From Thermodesulfobacteriota bacterium (GTDB taxonomy: Bacteria; Desulfobacterota_D; UBA1144; Nemesobacterales; Nemesobacteraceae), in NCBI GenBank assembly GCA_965221875.1, contig OZ244920.1:489164-553163 (forward strand): a stretch of DNA of 64,000 nucleotides. The letters run 5' to 3'. Shown here one piece after another: positions 61,275 to 64,000 of this stretch (position 1 is the stretch's first letter; each line of letters begins with the position of its first letter). Under the pieces are notes generated by a model. The model ran no database searches, was not told the origin of the DNA, and saw only the letters and a list, made by a program, of their open reading frames with translations. The position numbers and the translations under genes are program-made.

Positions 61275-62057
61275 TTATTCTCCCAAGTCGTTGATTACGT
61301 CCAAGATGTACTCACGAAGCCACGATTCACTCTCGTGATGCGATTTGAGAATGCTTACTAGACCTTGATCACCCCACGATTCTGCTGCCTGCACAGCGGC
61401 GTCCCTAATTTCCACATTGTCAACAGTCAGGCCTCGGCGAACGAGTTCAGCACGCCATGAGTATGTTCCCAGATTCGTCTGACGTCCAAGGCAGCGCAGT
61501 ACTGATGCAGCGAAACTCGGACGCTCTATGTTTAGAGAAAAATCCTTAAACCAGTCAAAAATTGGCTGATTTTCCGAGAACTGCAGAGCTTTTTTAATGA
61601 TTTGTTCCGCTGGATGGTCCATTCCGTTTTCAAAAGGGTCAGCTTCAAAGGCTGCATGTAAGTTGTACAAAAGTTGCGCTTGCCCCGATTCCACAAAAGA
61701 AGACTTCTTTACAGTTGTTTGCCGAAAGTATTTTACATCGCCAAGTGCGGAGAAAAGCTCCTGGCCGAGCCACGCACTCCGCCATACACTGGTTTTATAT
61801 TCTGTTAAGTATAGATCATAGTTAAGTCCCTCAACCGCCTCTCGCAACCGCACGGCATCAGAAGAGGCTGCGAGCGAGTTTTTTCCGAAGACGACCCAGT
61901 TGATGATATTTGAAAAAGTCATAAGTGAATCTTTCACTATGACGAACTGAGTTGGTACATCAACATGTGGTGCTATTGATTGGTCCACCCAGTTTGGGGC
62001 ATACGCGACTAGGCCCGAAGCTGTGGAGGGCATGGGTAAGTGGCCTTTAATTTGCAT
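61275..62057 (-). CDS. hypothetical protein (cassette gene B), lower GC
   Basis: 260-aa ORF overlapping gene A stop by 11 nt; no recognised domain. Confidence 0.45.
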   Translation of the reverse strand: MQIKGHLPMPSTASGLVAYAPNWVDQSIAPHVDVPTQFVIVKDSLMTFSNIINWVVFGKNSLAASSDAVRLREAVEGLNYDLYLTEYKTSVWRSAWLGQELFSALGDVKYFRQTTVKKSSFVESGQAQLLYNLHAAFEADPFENGMDHPAEQIIKKALQFSENQPIFDWFKDFSLNIERPSFAASVLRCLGRQTNLGTYSWRAELVRRGLTVDNVEIRDAAVQAAESWGDQGLVSILKSHHESESWLREYILDVINDLGE

Positions 62058-62817
62058 TAAAGAGCTCCCTTGCTTTATCTGTTATTACACTTTCAAATGC
62101 ATCTCTTTCGCGAATACGCAAATCCTGGGTTTTTTTCAGTGCTTCGTCCAGAGCGACCGGCTCAGCGGTTTCCCATATTACATCCAGGTCTAGAAGAAAA
62201 CCTATATGGTCTGTTTGTGCACCGGCCAAGCCTTGGGATAAAACAAGATGAACGCCGTCTTCGTAAGCATAATCAACGCGGCTCATGAAGTTGCTCAAAC
62301 GGTCTGGTAATCCGTTAACGACTGGCAAGGCACACTTTAGATATTCTTCTACTTTCACGTTTTTTTCAGGGACAACAATTTTGTTTATGTACCGAATGCC
62401 GATTCGGCGCACGCCAACCGGTTTCGATACACTCTCGTATGCTTTAAGTGCGGTTGCAATTCTCGGTTTGAATTCGTCCCATCCACTAGCTTCGGGATTA
62501 GATGGATCTTGATAAGGGCGTAGCATGTGGATACTGAGTACATCCTGTCCAACTCCAACCATCCTTTTGCCATCCTTGGTGACAAGCTGGACTTTTGCAA
62601 AGCCTTCACGGTAACGAAGGTTGGGAGAACCACCTTTTTGCGTATCTAGTTCTACCTCGACGACTTTTCCCTGTTGAGGTTTACCTGTATATTTGTTGCC
62701 CAATTTAGCTTGGAGTTTGCCGGGAACGGTGAGATCCCAGTCTCGTCCCGGTTCGAAGCGAAATTCACATAGTGCTTCTTCTATAGGTGGGTTTTTATAA
62801 CGCCGTCGCTTGCTCAT
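62047..62817 (-). CDS. hypothetical protein (cassette gene A); possibly TIGR04255-like family
   Basis: 256 aa; N-terminus KNPPIEEALCEFRF resembles my recollection of TIGR04255-family N-termini; AT-rich promoter region upstream. Confidence 0.45.
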   Translation of the reverse strand: MSKRRRYKNPPIEEALCEFRFEPGRDWDLTVPGKLQAKLGNKYTGKPQQGKVVEVELDTQKGGSPNLRYREGFAKVQLVTKDGKRMVGVGQDVLSIHMLRPYQDPSNPEASGWDEFKPRIATALKAYESVSKPVGVRRIGIRYINKIVVPEKNVKVEEYLKCALPVVNGLPDRLSNFMSRVDYAYEDGVHLVLSQGLAGAQTDHIGFLLDLDVIWETAEPVALDEALKKTQDLRIRERDAFESVITDKARELFNAN

Positions 62818-63365
62818 AAATGTCTTCCTTCAAAAGTTTTGTGTAGAAATTTACCACATCCACTAGTCTGCACTACTCCAAGGCAGTTTCTGGATTCGTG
62901 TTGGCCACGTAATTAAGTTTTTGCACTCAGAAGCACGAAGGAACATTTCCTTTATTTAGAGGTGCGCGCATGTTTAGCCGGGTTTCCGGCGAAAATGTCT
63001 CTTTTTGCTAAAAACTCAAAAAAGAAAAAGATTGTCGACACCTTTTTTTTGCTGATGGCAAGAAGTTTTTTCTGTGGAAAGAGGAGAGGTGCCTGCTTGT
63101 CGTTCCTGCGTCTTGAATTCTCATTTTTTCTTTTTGAAAAGATCACGAAAATTTTCAAGATTCTCTGTACGAACCCTCACAATATCGGGCGAGCAACTTT
63201 TTTTCGCTAGGGATTATCAAGCAATCTATATGCTTAAATATATACATTGATTTTTTTTAGACAAGTGCAAGGAGTACTTGAAGATCTAAGCGACCTTAAG
63301 AGGTTGTTAGGGAAATTCTATGATTAAGCTTGTTTTATCGCTAACACATAAACAAAGTCACAGCA

Positions 63366-63989
63366 TTATTCTAAAAATATTTCTTTTATCATGAGTTTCT
63401 TGCCCTCCTGCGTTACAAGCGACGGCACTTTTTCAACTTGAAGCCTCTTGAGCATGAAAGGACTTGCCTTGTATACGATCCGACCCGCAAGCGAGGAAAC
63501 TCTTCGGATATTACCGTCGGTGAGCAGCAGAATCGGTTTTTCACCTCTTTTGTTCGTTTCATCAAGCGCTCTTTTCACCTGGTCCTCTCTCAGTATCAGG
63601 ATGCTTTTTGAAAGCGGCACGTGATCAAGCGGATTTACTGTGCCCGCGGGGAAAATCATTTTCCCCGTGTGGTCGTAGAGCGGATTCCGCACATTCACCG
63701 AAGGGTCGACGTAACGCACCCGCTCTTCCGTGGCCGAGGGTACGTCGAGGGAAACCAAAGAGTGCTTCGAGTAGGATTCCTCGAGTTTTCTCTCCATGCT
63801 TTCCCGAAGCGCCGCCATTGAGATTTCTCCTGCCTCTCTCCTGACATAGGAAAGCATGTCCTCTTCCTTTATCTCGTAGAGTCGCCCGTGAACCCCGAGG
63901 TCTTTCCCCGAAGCCTGGGCCGCCGCCGGGGAGAACTGGATAAAAAAGACCGAGGCTAGAACAAGGGAAACCCACGCCCGACTATCCAT
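63366..63989 (-). CDS. traW: F-type conjugative pilus assembly protein TraW (copy 2, diverged paralog)
   Basis: 207 aa, ~80% identical to copy 1 (MDSRAWVSLVLASVFFIQFSPA..); gene continues to the window edge context. Confidence 0.8.
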   Translation of the reverse strand: MDSRAWVSLVLASVFFIQFSPAAAQASGKDLGVHGRLYEIKEEDMLSYVRREAGEISMAALRESMERKLEESYSKHSLVSLDVPSATEERVRYVDPSVNVRNPLYDHTGKMIFPAGTVNPLDHVPLSKSILILREDQVKRALDETNKRGEKPILLLTDGNIRRVSSLAGRIVYKASPFMLKRLQVEKVPSLVTQEGKKLMIKEIFLE

Positions 63990-64000
63990 GATTTTCTTAC

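Overview
High-GC bacterial chromosomal window with a housekeeping core interrupted by dense mobile-element wreckage and accessory cargo.

Core genes: mutS, groES-groEL, SCO/PCuAC copper chaperones, bactofilin-M23 peptidase, VKOR, dapL-like aminotransferase, two glycosyltransferases.

Mobile elements:
- An IS4-like IS (7.4-9.3 kb).
- A 5'-truncated IS4/IS1380-like IS beside a 0.94-kb duplication of the RTX gene 3' end.
- Two tandem IS630-family copies sharing TA targets, one of them split by an IS3-family element.
- An IS1595 transposase plus a remnant.
- An IS21 (istAB) element whose istA is split by another IS3-family element.
- A TnpB gene inside a 1.2-kb unit. The unit's terminal repeats match those of a 1.2-kb cargo element that has inserted into mazF, creating an 8-bp target duplication.

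Potentially novel items:
- A 628-bp repeat family in three copies, each immediately 3' of a different terminator hairpin plus T-run. The copies begin GTGTG, have a domain-V-like hairpin with a CGC triad, and have a domain-VI-like hairpin with a GNRA loop and a bulged A at -8. This fits an ORF-less class C group II intron.
- A TIR/8-bp-TSD cassette family, one member carrying TnpB and one carrying a secreted Gly/Ala-rich protein.
- An orphan F-type T4SS gene set (two traW paralogs, traU, trbC, frameshifted traN) with a zinc metalloprotease/Calx-beta gene between traW and traU. A lower-GC three-gene cassette of unknown function sits between the two traW paralogs.
- An operon of an animal-type heme peroxidase lipoprotein with a 1439-aa adhesin (spondin_N-like, Calx-beta repeats, LRR). 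The adhesin's C-terminal sorting signal (GGGCS, TM helix, basic tail) is shared with the metalloprotease.

The window is rich in type II toxin-antitoxin modules: mazEF (disrupted), HEPN/MNT, ParE-like, hicBA, higA, vapBC.
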